Source: Candidatus Bathyarchaeota archaeon (GTDB lineage: Archaea > Thermoproteota > Bathyarchaeia > Bathyarchaeales > Bathycorpusculaceae). From it: 64,000 nucleotides of DNA. Shown here piece after piece: positions 21,267 to 30,504 of this stretch. The stretch covers positions 1-64,000 of the forward strand of contig CAWABA010000006.1 in the NCBI GenBank assembly GCA_963780185.1. Direction: 5' to 3'. The position numbers were made by a program, and so were the translations under genes. The notes beneath the pieces were generated by a model. That model was given only the letters and a program-made list of their open reading frames with translations. It searched no databases and was not told where the DNA came from. The number at the start of each line of letters is the position of its first letter. Position 1 is the first letter of the stretch.

Positions 21267-22016
21267 TCATTTCCATTTTGTCAGTATTTCTTCTCTTTGA
21301 AAAGTTTCTTTGCTCAAGTAGAACAGGGTAACGTCAACGATCACTAACAAAACGGTTACAAAAATTGCAATCAATGTTGACACTTCAGCGCCTACGATGA
21401 CAAGAACCAGCAAGCCAATTATAGGCAAAACAACTAAACCGCCCACCTGCTGCGCTGCCCGTATGTCATTGACACGCGAGGACACAATCACGTTCACTTC
21501 AACACTCATAATGCACGCTAAAGGAGTAATAACTACCACGGCTAAAATCCAAAACAGGGTCGGCACCAAAAATGTGCCTAGTCGAATGTATGACCAAGCA
21601 TCCAGTATCGAAGCTGAGATGGCGGCTGCAAGAAAAGTTACTCCGACGCATGGAATAAAAGACGCCAAACTTTTGCCAAACAGCAACTCGCCGTCGGTGG
21701 TCGGCGTCGCCAATAGGGGTTCAAGGCTTTTCTCGATCTTTTCTCCAACAAAGCTGTAGGCAGCGATAATTGACGGCAGAACTGCTGAAATGATGATGAG
21801 GTATGTTGCGGAGATGTTTATGAGTTGATTGGCAGCCGTCATGAATTGGTCATGTGGAAGCGCCGCAAGTTCTGCGTTTAATGCGAAGACAAATGTTGTG
21901 GGAAGAACAATGCCAAGTATCACAGGCATGGCAATCAGCGAGTAAAACACATACTTGTTTTTCCTGATGACACTCAGGTCCTTCTGCGTTACAATCCATG
22001 ACTTCCAAAACCTCAT
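21267..22016 (-). CDS. ABC-2 type permease
   Basis: FVGEKIEKSLEPLLATP motif; 6 TM segments. Confidence 0.88.
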   Translation of the reverse strand: MRFWKSWIVTQKDLSVIRKNKYVFYSLIAMPVILGIVLPTTFVFALNAELAALPHDQFMTAANQLINISATYLIIISAVLPSIIAAYSFVGEKIEKSLEPLLATPTTDGELLFGKSLASFIPCVGVTFLAAAISASILDAWSYIRLGTFLVPTLFWILAVVVITPLACIMSVEVNVIVSSRVNDIRAAQQVGGLVVLPIIGLLVLVIVGAEVSTLIAIFVTVLLVIVDVTLFYLSKETFQREEILTKWK

Positions 22017-22942
22017 TACGCCGAAGCCTCCCTGATCAATTTCAAATAGACATCCTCAAGCGTAGTACGCAACTCGGTAACGTACTGGATGTTGCCGCCT
22101 GCGCCGACTATGGCTCTGACAACTTCAGGGTTAAACCTTTCCGGATTATCAATGTCCAAAATCAACTTGTTATCGCTAACCCGCACGTTCTTAACCATGC
22201 CGAGCGCCTTAACGGCATCCAACACGGCTTCACTTACGTTTTCCAGGTGGACAATGGTCTTGCGGTTGTAGAGGCTGCGCTCCAGGTTTTTAGGCGAATC
22301 AACAGCCACCAACCTGGTCTTGAGGATGCCGATTCGGTCGCAGAGCCGTTCTGCCTCATCCAGATTATGAGTGTTAATAAAAATGGTTCTTTTTTCCTTC
22401 TTAAGTTCCAAAATGAAGTCTCTTACCGTTTTGGCAGCTTCAGGATCCAGGTTTGCCGTCGGTTCATCCAGGAACAGCACCTGCGGCTCATGAATTAGCG
22501 CCCGAGCAATCGCTATTTTCTGCTTTGTCCCCTTGCTGAATGTACCTACTAAGTCTTCACGGCGTTCCCAGATTCCAAGAAGCCGAAGAAGCCGCTCAAT
22601 GTTTTCTTGCCTCTTCTGCGCAGGAACCTCATACAGCTTCCCATAGAAATCCAAGTTCCTGTAAGCGCTTAAACTTTCATATAAGCCGACGTTTTCAGGC
22701 AGTAAACCGATTGTTTTTCTGATTTCGAGGCAATCTTTCTCGTTGTCAACTGAAAAGTTGCCTATGCGTGCTTGCCCGCTGGTTTTGCCTATAAGGCAGC
22801 AGAGCATCCGAATTGTGGTGGTTTTGCCTGCGCCGTTAGGGCCTAAGAAGCCGAAAACTTCGCCCTCGTCAACGTGAAGAGAAACGTTTTCGACGGCTGT
22901 TAAGTTGCCGAATTTTCGGGTTAAGTTTTCAGTATCGATCAT
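22016..22942 (-). CDS. ABC transporter ATP-binding protein
   Basis: GPNGAGKT, FSKG, FLDEPT. Confidence 0.93.
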   Translation of the reverse strand: MIDTENLTRKFGNLTAVENVSLHVDEGEVFGFLGPNGAGKTTTIRMLCCLIGKTSGQARIGNFSVDNEKDCLEIRKTIGLLPENVGLYESLSAYRNLDFYGKLYEVPAQKRQENIERLLRLLGIWERREDLVGTFSKGTKQKIAIARALIHEPQVLFLDEPTANLDPEAAKTVRDFILELKKEKRTIFINTHNLDEAERLCDRIGILKTRLVAVDSPKNLERSLYNRKTIVHLENVSEAVLDAVKALGMVKNVRVSDNKLILDIDNPERFNPEVVRAIVGAGGNIQYVTELRTTLEDVYLKLIREASA

Positions 22943-22970
22943 GCCGTGTGCTATCCGATGTCAATGAGGA

Positions 22971-23234
22971 TTAGGGTTTTTCGTATTTGGAGTCTTCTAT
23001 GCGTTTTTTCTCTTGTTCTTCTTCGGTGAGTTGGGGTTGAGTTGGCTGCGTCTGCTTTTCCTGTGGGGGCCACGTGACGGGTTCTTTGACTGAGCTGTAG
23101 GCGTTCATGATGCTGCTTTTTCCGCAGGCGGGGCACTTGACTGATTTGTAGGGTCCAGCGTGAAAGAAGGATGACAGGGCTGTGTACTCATATTCGAACA
23201 CTGCTCCGCACTTTTTGCATTTGAGTCTAGCCAT
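22971..23234 (-). CDS. Zinc-ribbon protein
   Basis: CKKC and CPAC pairs; first gene of the ABC operon. Confidence 0.8.
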   Translation of the reverse strand: MARLKCKKCGAVFEYEYTALSSFFHAGPYKSVKCPACGKSSIMNAYSSVKEPVTWPPQEKQTQPTQPQLTEEEQEKKRIEDSKYEKP

Positions 23235-23370
23235 ACCGATCAGCTAGGCATGATAAGTGTTGATGGATTAAAAGCTTGCTTAGGAAGCGTTTTCTTGCAG
23301 CGGTTGTGGTTTTTTGTTTTTTGTTGTTTGTGTTTTGGGTTGCTTGGCTTGTTTGGGGTTTGTAGGGTTT

Positions 23371-23440
23371 GCAAGTCACGTTTCTTCACGTTTTTCCCCG
23401 TTGAATCCCGTTCTTTCCCGTTTATTCCCGTCTTATCCCG
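23371..23440. repeat. Seven phased 10-bp units ending in C(A/C)CG
   Basis: gcaagtcacg tttcttcacg tttttccccg ttgaatcccg ttctttcccg tttattcccg tcttatcccg. Confidence 0.8.
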
Positions 23441-23680
23441 TTCTCCTTCTTAACTGCATATATTTCTGGGTTCGGTTTTAGAGTTTGAAGTTTTGCATCG
23501 AGCCGCTATTGAATGTTTCAGCGGCTATCAGATGCAGAAACGCTTGCTCCCGCCATTTCGCAAGAAACCGGGATGCTTCGGCGTTTGGATTCCCCCACTG
23601 AAAAGACAAGTTAATATGGCACAGAAAACGTAAATGATTCACCCAAGCAGAAAATGGGGCTGAAGCAAGCCCGAAACTGC

Positions 23681-23754
23681 GGCCGGGGTGAGGTAGCTTG
23701 GTAGCCTAGAGGCCTGTGGAGCCTTTTGCCAGGGTTCAAATCCCTGCCCCGGCC
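23681..23754 (+). tRNA. tRNA-His(GTG) with genomic G-1
   Basis: G-GCCGGGG/CCCCGGC-C acceptor, GAGGC-CTGTGGA-GCCTT anticodon arm, CAGGG-TTCAAAT-CCCTG T-arm. Confidence 0.95.
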
Positions 23755-23863
23755 CATCTGAAGTTGCTACTTTTAGCATAAGAAAGGTAGTCACCGTAGC
23801 TGTTCCCATGGGGCGTAAGAAGATTTTTATATCGATCAGTGTTCTGTTAAACGGGGTTAGTCT

Positions 23864-24073
23864 TTGTCTGTTGTGACAGTGTCTTCGAAATTTCAAGTCG
23901 TTATTCCTCGAGAAGTTAGGCAAAAAATGAACCTAAAGCCTGGCCAAAAGGTCATAGTCATCGAGAAAGACGGAGTCGTCCATTTGATTCCTGAAAAACC
24001 TCTTAAGAAAATGAGAGGATTCGTCAGAGGAGTAACAACGGAAAACCTGCGTGAAGAAGAGGATCGATTTTGA
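23864..24073 (+). CDS. vapB: AbrB/MazE-family antitoxin (VapB)
   Basis: TVSSKFQVVIPREVRQKMNLKPGQKV; overlaps the PIN gene by 4 nt. Confidence 0.9.
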   Translation: MSVVTVSSKFQVVIPREVRQKMNLKPGQKVIVIEKDGVVHLIPEKPLKKMRGFVRGVTTENLREEEDRF

Positions 24074-24444
24074 TTCTGGTGGACTCCTGCGGCTGGATAG
24101 AGTATTTTGGGGAAGGTCCCCTTGCCGACAAGTATGCAGCCATAATCGAGAATGCTAACAAGGAAGAGATTGTAACGCCAACAATCGTTATCTACGAAGT
24201 ATACAAAAAAATCAAATCAGTAAAAGGCGAAGAAAAAGCGCTCGAAGCATACGCTCAAATGTCACTAACAACGGTCGTGGAACTAACCAGTTCATTGTCA
24301 TTGAAAGCCGCGGATGTTAGCATCAAAAAGGAAATAGCGATGGCAGACGCCATTGTTGCCGTCACAGCAACCGATTGCGGAGCCCAGATTGTGACTAGTG
24401 ACCAACATTTTAGAAAAATAGATGGAGTAAAATTCATCATTTAA
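24070..24444 (+). CDS. vapC: PIN-domain toxin VapC
   Basis: ILVDSCGWIEY, E, ADA and TSD acidic residues. Confidence 0.92.
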   Translation: MILVDSCGWIEYFGEGPLADKYAAIIENANKEEIVTPTIVIYEVYKKIKSVKGEEKALEAYAQMSLTTVVELTSSLSLKAADVSIKKEIAMADAIVAVTATDCGAQIVTSDQHFRKIDGVKFII

Positions 24445-24555
24445 AGAATTAAAACACTGGGAGCATCGCAGGCGAAGTGGTGAAATTCGAGGTTCATGGC
24501 GCTGCTGAGAAAAACCTATTTATTGCTAAGAAGAAGCTTTAATTCACCGTCGTGT

Positions 24556-24643
24556 GCAGGGGTCGCCGAGCATGGTCAAAGGCGTAGGCTTCAGGAGCCT
24601 ATCCTCCAGAGGTTCGTGGGTTCAAATCCCACCCCCTGCACCA
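24556..24643 (+). tRNA. tRNA-Leu(CAG)
   Basis: GCAGGGG/CCCCTGC-A-CCA, TAGGC-TTCAGGA-GCCTA, long variable arm. Confidence 0.96.
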
Positions 24644-24765
24644 AAGTTTCGCGCGCTCACGGATTACGGTTTGATGTTGCAGTTTTTATCGTATCAGTTT
24701 AAATGTATAAGATGGCATGGTAGAGGTTGCTCGATAACCAAACGGGTAAAGGAAGATAAACGTCT

Positions 24766-25365
24766 GTGACAGAAAACTCAAGTGACCGCAAGCTAAAGAT
24801 GTCACCTAAATCACGAAGAAGACTGATGATAGTTTCTGTGGTTCTTGTTCTGGCTGTGGCTTTTATCTTGGTTGACATTTATTTATCGCAACCCATGGAC
24901 AACCCTGCGATTAACCAACTAAGCCAACAAACAACTTCTTCGTTTCCCACTAACCAAAAAATACTTGTTGACCACAATTGCACAACTAGCATTGTGGTTG
25001 AAATCAGCGGAAACACATTGTCTAGCAGTTCCAATTTTACTGTAACGACGACAAGTGAAGGCACCAAAGTTCCAAAAAACGTCACTGCCCTGACAATAGG
25101 AAACCCCCCAGTCGTGCGGTACTACAACGTCGAGGTTTCTGCAAACATGACTTTGACGCCGGAGGTAACGGCAAAAGTATCTATTTACAACCCGACATTC
25201 AGCAGCAACAGCGTAATGTACATTTGGAACACAAGCGAAGGCAAATGGGTCTATTTGCCAACGGATTTTCAATCGTCAAAAACACTGGTTGCAACATTCG
25301 AGGCTATTAACCTGACAGGAACCCCTATTGCAGTGGAAAACAGTCGCACTGCATCCACACAATGA
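24766..25365 (+). CDS. Membrane-anchored extracellular beta-domain protein
   Basis: Basic N-terminus + one TM + Ser/Thr-rich domain similar to the C-terminal domain of the 49730-54986 protein. Confidence 0.75.
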   Translation: MTENSSDRKLKMSPKSRRRLMIVSVVLVLAVAFILVDIYLSQPMDNPAINQLSQQTTSSFPTNQKILVDHNCTTSIVVEISGNTLSSSSNFTVTTTSEGTKVPKNVTALTIGNPPVVRYYNVEVSANMTLTPEVTAKVSIYNPTFSSNSVMYIWNTSEGKWVYLPTDFQSSKTLVATFEAINLTGTPIAVENSRTASTQ

Positions 25366-25371
25366 AAAAAA

Positions 25372-25472
25372 GATCGAGCATGTGGCTGCCCTTTTTATTG
25401 TTAACAACGTATCCGATGTCTACTTAGAACCTTAACTACTCTGCTATAATCTACAGAGGGTAACTTAGACAC
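25372..25472 (-). pseudogene. hicA: HicA toxin remnant
   Basis: GTG overlapping the hicB stop; MSKLPSVDYSRVVKVLSR / frameshift / IGYVVNNKKGSHML, then truncated. Confidence 0.75.
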
Positions 25473-25668
25473 TGACTTGCACCGTTTCAATAGGCACAGG
25501 GTCGCCGTGTTCCTTTAACGCCTCAAGGTAAGCATGTATTGCTTCCTTGACGTTTTTCATAAGTTCTTCCCTTGTTTTCCCCTCGGTAGCACAGCCAGGC
25601 AGGTCAGGAACTTTGGCGACTAGGACGCCGTCTTCGTCCTTTTCTATTATCACTCTAAAACTGAGCAT
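25465..25668 (-). CDS. hicB: HicB-like antitoxin
   Basis: IIEKDEDG..VPDLPGCATEGKTREELMKNVKEAI. Confidence 0.9.
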   Translation of the reverse strand: MLSFRVIIEKDEDGVLVAKVPDLPGCATEGKTREELMKNVKEAIHAYLEALKEHGDPVPIETVQVSV

Positions 25669-25957
25669 ATCTGCAAATGGGCTTTAGAAATTCTTAAGTT
25701 TTACCCTTCCGCTGACCCCAAAAGAACAGAAGCCTTTTCTGCAGAGATTCGTGGGTTCAAATCCCAGCCCCTGAAGAACAACTAAACCCTGCATTCACAT
25801 AACTGAATATCAAACAACTTGCTAGAGGCTCTTCAATGGATAAAATAGTTAGGTTAAAAATGCCAATTAGCAGAATAAGAATAATAAAAGATGACATTAT
25901 GCAATGGAGACTCACATCAGCAAATGTTATATTAGCTAAAAAAGTAAAAGTGAACAC

Positions 25958-26953
25958 ATGGCAAGTAAAAGCGCAGCCGAACAATCGTTGAAGATCCTAA
26001 GTAAGAAAAGTGAGAAAGCAATTGAGTTGTTCAAGAAAACGAATTTAGGGCAAAAAACCAGCGATGAAAAACTAAACAAGGTGATAGAACAATATCTTCT
26101 AAGATGGAAGGACACCACAAGACCTGGAATGTTAGCTTTGGCCTTTGAAGCTGCAGGCGGCGAAATAGACAAAGCGGTACCCCTCCAATTGGCCTTATTA
26201 CATATCGACGCTACAATGGATATTCATGATGATATCATCGACGAATCTCTTGCTAAAAAAAGGGTAAAAACGATTTACGGCAAAATGGGGAAAGAAACAG
26301 CCTTGCTTATTGGTGACAAGTTCATGGTTGAAGGGTTCAACCATCTCCATGAGGCATTGGTTAACCTTCCTCTTGAGCAGCAAAACAGGATCATGGCTGG
26401 AGTTAATGATTTTCTGTCAGAAGTTGTAGACGCTCATGTGGCAGAAGCTGCTTTGAAGGCTGACAAATGGCGTGTAAAACCGGAGGAATATCTTCAAATC
26501 TTGGGCAAGAAAGCTGCCGATATCGAAGGCCGCATGAAAATTGGCGCTATCTATGGCGGAGGGTCGCCGGAAGAAATCGAAGCTTTAAGCAGTGTTGGAC
26601 GAAATATGGGTATTTTGCTTGCTGTTAGATCAGAGTATGTTGACTTGTTTGAAGTAGATGAGTTATCGAATAGGGTCAATAATGAATGCCTTCCGTTACC
26701 CGTCCTTTATGCTTTCAAAAACAAGGTACTTGAGCACAAAATTCGGGTGATTTTATCATCAAGCGGACAACTTACCAAGAAAGACTGCGAAAACATTGTC
26801 AATCTTGCACTAAACTCAAAAGAAATATTACACCTGCGAAATTATCTGAAAAAGTTAAGAAAAGAGGCGATGGAGTCATTAGCTGTTTTAAACAACAGCC
26901 CAGCAAAGAGCGACTTACAAACAATAATCGCTTCAATGCTAGAAGACTTATAG
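25958..26953 (+). CDS. Polyprenyl synthetase-fold protein with degenerate second Asp-rich motif
   Basis: RP motif, FARM HDDIID, ALLIGD; the SARM position reads VRSEYVD. Confidence 0.85.
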   Translation: MASKSAAEQSLKILSKKSEKAIELFKKTNLGQKTSDEKLNKVIEQYLLRWKDTTRPGMLALAFEAAGGEIDKAVPLQLALLHIDATMDIHDDIIDESLAKKRVKTIYGKMGKETALLIGDKFMVEGFNHLHEALVNLPLEQQNRIMAGVNDFLSEVVDAHVAEAALKADKWRVKPEEYLQILGKKAADIEGRMKIGAIYGGGSPEEIEALSSVGRNMGILLAVRSEYVDLFEVDELSNRVNNECLPLPVLYAFKNKVLEHKIRVILSSSGQLTKKDCENIVNLALNSKEILHLRNYLKKLRKEAMESLAVLNNSPAKSDLQTIIASMLEDL

Positions 26954-27152
26954 CCCCTTACCATGTTAGACGTACTGGTTTTTTCCTTATGTTTTTTGCC
27001 TTCATCCGTAACTCTCCTGTATATGTGTAGTACAAATTCAGAATATAAGTTTTTTTGTAGTACACGTGTACAGATAACAGAGAGAGCTGCTAATCCATAC
27101 GGAGAATTCATAAAGTTAGTAGGCAAGCCATAAGCTTGTTGCTATAATAAAG

Positions 27153-28460
27153 GTGCAAAGAACGAAAATTCGAGGATTCGGGGCGCTATTCCTAGTTGCC
27201 AATAGCTTATCATGGTTCATTCTAACATATATTATCATTGAAAATCTTGCTGAATCCTATCCTTTTTCCAAGATTCTGATAGTTGTTGGCTCTTACTTCT
27301 TAGCGCTAGTTGCCTCCGCAATAATTGGAGGCACATTGCTATACAAAAAATTACGAATGAAAAACTTTCTCCTAACATGGGTTCTCGCAGGAGTCGCAAC
27401 TTGCTTGATTTATGCTTTCGCATCAACATCAAGCCTACAAATCTTAACTGCAGCTTCAGCCATACTGGGTGCTTCAATTGGCATTGGAATACCAACCTGC
27501 TTTTCTTTTTTTGCAAATCAAACAACCGCTGAAGGCCGAGGAAAAATAGGCGCCGCGATATTTTTTTCAATTCAAATGTTGTCTGCAATAATTCTAGTTT
27601 TTACTCTTGGAGTGGGAACGGAATACGCCTTTTTAATACTTGCCGTCTGGAGGCTTTTAGGCATAGTGGGCATACTGTTTTATCAGCCACTTCAAAAGCC
27701 ACCAGAAGAACGTATGATTTCAAGCTTTTCTATTATAAAAGAAAGAATTTTCCTCCTTTATTTTGTGTCTTGGTTACTCTTCGCACTAGTAAATTCTATT
27801 GAGGCGCCAGTAGTTGAAGGATTTTTTGGTGGCGCATTCGATAATTACCAGATAGCTACAACGCTGATAAGCAGTTTCTCAGCATTGATGGGAGGAGTAC
27901 TCTGTGACTTAAAAGGTCGCAAAATAGTCGGTATCTTGGGCTTGGCTATTTTAGGCATTGGCTACGCCTTTCTCAGTTTTTTTTCGGGAGGCGCAACAAA
28001 AGAATGGGGGCAAATTTTATACACCATTTGTGATGGAACCGCTTGGGGAATTCTTTACGTAATATTTGTTTTTGTTTTGTGGGGCGATCAGTCAGAAGGA
28101 AAAGTGCGCGAAAAATTTTACCTTTGGGGAAGCATGCCTTTTCTTTTCTCGAGTTTTATATCAATATTGGTTCAGCCCTTCTCCATACCAAGCAACACTG
28201 CTTTTCCCCTTGCTAGTTTCTTCTTATTCATCGCTATTCTGCCCTTAATCTATGCGCCTGAGACTTTGCCTGAAAAAGCCATGAAGGATAGGGATCTGAA
28301 GAGTTATACGGAGAAGGCGCTAAAGCAAGCTAACAAGGAAGCGTCTAAGAAGAAACCGAAGGAGGAAAGCAAAGCCGAAGAAGAGCGGGAAGCCGAGGAT
28401 GAGCCTGACGAGCCGCCGGGGTATGATGAAGCCCGAAAGCTGGCGGAAAAATACTATTAA
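27153..28460 (+). CDS. Divergent MFS-like 12-TM protein
   Basis: 12 TM segments, GVLCDLKGRK, PETLP, charged tail. Confidence 0.75.
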   Translation: MQRTKIRGFGALFLVANSLSWFILTYIIIENLAESYPFSKILIVVGSYFLALVASAIIGGTLLYKKLRMKNFLLTWVLAGVATCLIYAFASTSSLQILTAASAILGASIGIGIPTCFSFFANQTTAEGRGKIGAAIFFSIQMLSAIILVFTLGVGTEYAFLILAVWRLLGIVGILFYQPLQKPPEERMISSFSIIKERIFLLYFVSWLLFALVNSIEAPVVEGFFGGAFDNYQIATTLISSFSALMGGVLCDLKGRKIVGILGLAILGIGYAFLSFFSGGATKEWGQILYTICDGTAWGILYVIFVFVLWGDQSEGKVREKFYLWGSMPFLFSSFISILVQPFSIPSNTAFPLASFFLFIAILPLIYAPETLPEKAMKDRDLKSYTEKALKQANKEASKKKPKEESKAEEEREAEDEPDEPPGYDEARKLAEKYY

Positions 28461-28484
28461 GCCAGAGCAGTATTCTCAACATGC

Positions 28485-29615
28485 ATGTTCTTCCATGTGA
28501 TCCTCACCTCTGAATGCAACCTGCAGTGCAAGTACTGCTTCGGCGAATCCATGGATGATTTTGACGAGGACTTCGGCGACGGCATAGAAGTGAATTATGA
28601 CCTGCCCCGAAAAATCAGCTACGACGTGGATATGCTGGATAGGTTTTGCAGAAAAGACCCAGATTGCACATTAACCTTTTACGGGGGAGAACCCTTGATT
28701 TGCGCCGACAAAATCAAGCAAATAATGGATGCCGTTAAGCCAAAGCACTTTATGATTCAAACAAACGGTTTGCTGCTTGACAAGTTGGAGCCAAAGTACC
28801 TCAACCGTTTCCACACCATCCTGGTTTCGATCGATGGCGAAGAAGCTTTAACTGATTATTACAGGGGAAACGGTACCTTCCGCAAAGTCGTGGATAACCT
28901 CAAACGGCTTAAGCAGAACGGTTTTACGGGCGAGTTGATTGCGAGAATGACTATCATGGAAAAAACGGACATCTACAAGCAAGTCCGATTCCTCCTCGAA
29001 AACGACCAGTTTTCTTTCTCTTCCGTTCATTGGCAGTTGAACGCTGGGTTTTGGGGCAACGATTATGCAAGGCGCAATTTTGAAGAGTGGACAAAAACAA
29101 GCTACATTCCAGGAGTAAAAAAGCTCGCAGATTTCTGGGTTGACAAGATGGAGCAAGATGGCGTTGTTTTGAAACTTTACCCCCTGCTGGGCATCGCAGA
29201 GTCTCTGTTGAACAAAGAAAAAAACTGTCTTATGCGCTGCGGCGGCGGATGGATAAACTACGCCATTCAAACCGACGGCAACATAATTCCCTGCCCAACA
29301 ATGTGGGGAATGGAAAAATACTATTTAGGCAACATAGCTGACGCTGACCCGTTAAAGCTCAAGAAGATCTTTGTTGATCAGCCGCCATGCTTGGGCTGCC
29401 AAATTCTAGGCGTCTGCGGCGGACGATGCCTATACGCCAACATCACAAAACGGTGGAGTGACGAGCATTACGCAAAGGTTTGCCACACGGTTTCGGAGCT
29501 TGTGGGGGCTGTGCAAGCTGAGGAGCCAAGGATTCGGCAACTAATCATGAAAGGCAAGGTAAGCCTGAAAGATTTTGACTATGTCAAGTACAACGGCAGC
29601 GAAATAATCCCTTGA
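28485..29615 (+). CDS. Radical SAM/SPASM protein (resembles the AF0577/TIGR04084 family)
   Basis: CNLQCKYC, YGGEP; SPASM cysteines CGGG..CP..CLGC..CGGRC..C. Confidence 0.85.
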   Translation: MFFHVILTSECNLQCKYCFGESMDDFDEDFGDGIEVNYDLPRKISYDVDMLDRFCRKDPDCTLTFYGGEPLICADKIKQIMDAVKPKHFMIQTNGLLLDKLEPKYLNRFHTILVSIDGEEALTDYYRGNGTFRKVVDNLKRLKQNGFTGELIARMTIMEKTDIYKQVRFLLENDQFSFSSVHWQLNAGFWGNDYARRNFEEWTKTSYIPGVKKLADFWVDKMEQDGVVLKLYPLLGIAESLLNKEKNCLMRCGGGWINYAIQTDGNIIPCPTMWGMEKYYLGNIADADPLKLKKIFVDQPPCLGCQILGVCGGRCLYANITKRWSDEHYAKVCHTVSELVGAVQAEEPRIRQLIMKGKVSLKDFDYVKYNGSEIIP

Positions 29616-29736
29616 TTGGTTGGCATCTTCGCCTCCTCCAAATCCCGAAGTTGGGAACATGCGAAATTAGTCCATCCGTGTTTGGCGTAACAAAGTCAGA
29701 AGGTTTATTTTTCTGGTTTGCGCTTGTTGGATAATT

Positions 29737-30504
29737 ATGGACATGCTTGAAGTAAAAGAATTATCAGTTAAGGTTGAAGACAAACTTATCATTAAAAACG
29801 TGAGCTTCAGCCTAAAAGAAGCTACAAGCCACATTCTCTTCGGTCCTAACGGCTCCGGAAAAACAACGCTTATCAGCGCTCTCATGGGACTGCCCGGCTA
29901 CGAAATAGTTTCTGGACAGATTCTCTTCAGAGGCGAAGACATCACCCACAAAGGCGTCGATGAGAGGGCAAGGATGGGAATCGTCGTGAGTTTTCAGAAC
30001 CCTCCTGAAGTGACAGGCGTTAAACTCGCTGACCTCCTCAAGCTGTGCCTCGGAAAAGCCATCACGGACGAGTTCAGCGCCGAAGAAATGAAAATGGTTG
30101 AGGCTTTCAAACTAACCAGCTTCCTAAGTCGCGACGTCAACTTGGGGTTCAGCGGCGGCGAAAGAAAACGTTCAGAGATTTTACAGTTGATTTTTATGAA
30201 GCCTAAGCTGTTTCTTCTGGATGAACCTGACTCGGGAGTTGATGTTGAGAGTTTACGTTTAATCGCGACTGAAATTGAACGCTATGTCGAGGCTTCAGGT
30301 AGTTCTTCGTTGATTATCACTCATAAAGGGGACATTTTGGAGTACATTAAAGCCGCCTACGGGTGCATACTGCTTGAAGGCCAATTTCACTGCTTCATTG
30401 ACCCGATGAGCATCTACGAAGACATAAAGAGAATAGGGTACGAACAATGTGTTGCTTGCAGGAAAAGACCACGCGAGGGATGGGTAAGTGAGCCAAGAAA
30501 GTGA
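29737..30504 (+). CDS. sufC: Fe-S assembly ATPase SufC/SmsC
   Basis: GPNGSGKT, RDVNLGFSGGERKRSE, DEPDSGVD, C-terminal C..CxxC. Confidence 0.92.
   Translation: MDMLEVKELSVKVEDKLIIKNVSFSLKEATSHILFGPNGSGKTTLISALMGLPGYEIVSGQILFRGEDITHKGVDERARMGIVVSFQNPPEVTGVKLADLLKLCLGKAITDEFSAEEMKMVEAFKLTSFLSRDVNLGFSGGERKRSEILQLIFMKPKLFLLDEPDSGVDVESLRLIATEIERYVEASGSSSLIITHKGDILEYIKAAYGCILLEGQFHCFIDPMSIYEDIKRIGYEQCVACRKRPREGWVSEPRK

Larger units (their letters stand above)
24592..25773. mobile_element. Remnant tRNA-Leu-targeted island bounded by 47-bp degenerate direct repeats
   Basis: 24592-24638 and 25727-25773 match at 41/47 nt, beginning at the anticodon; no integrase inside. Confidence 0.7.

Noticed and set aside
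25836-25991. 51-codon Trp-containing ORF just upstream of the prenyltransferase as a ComX-like precursor
   Set aside because: Weak SD, overlaps the synthase start, and Trp is not near the C-terminus
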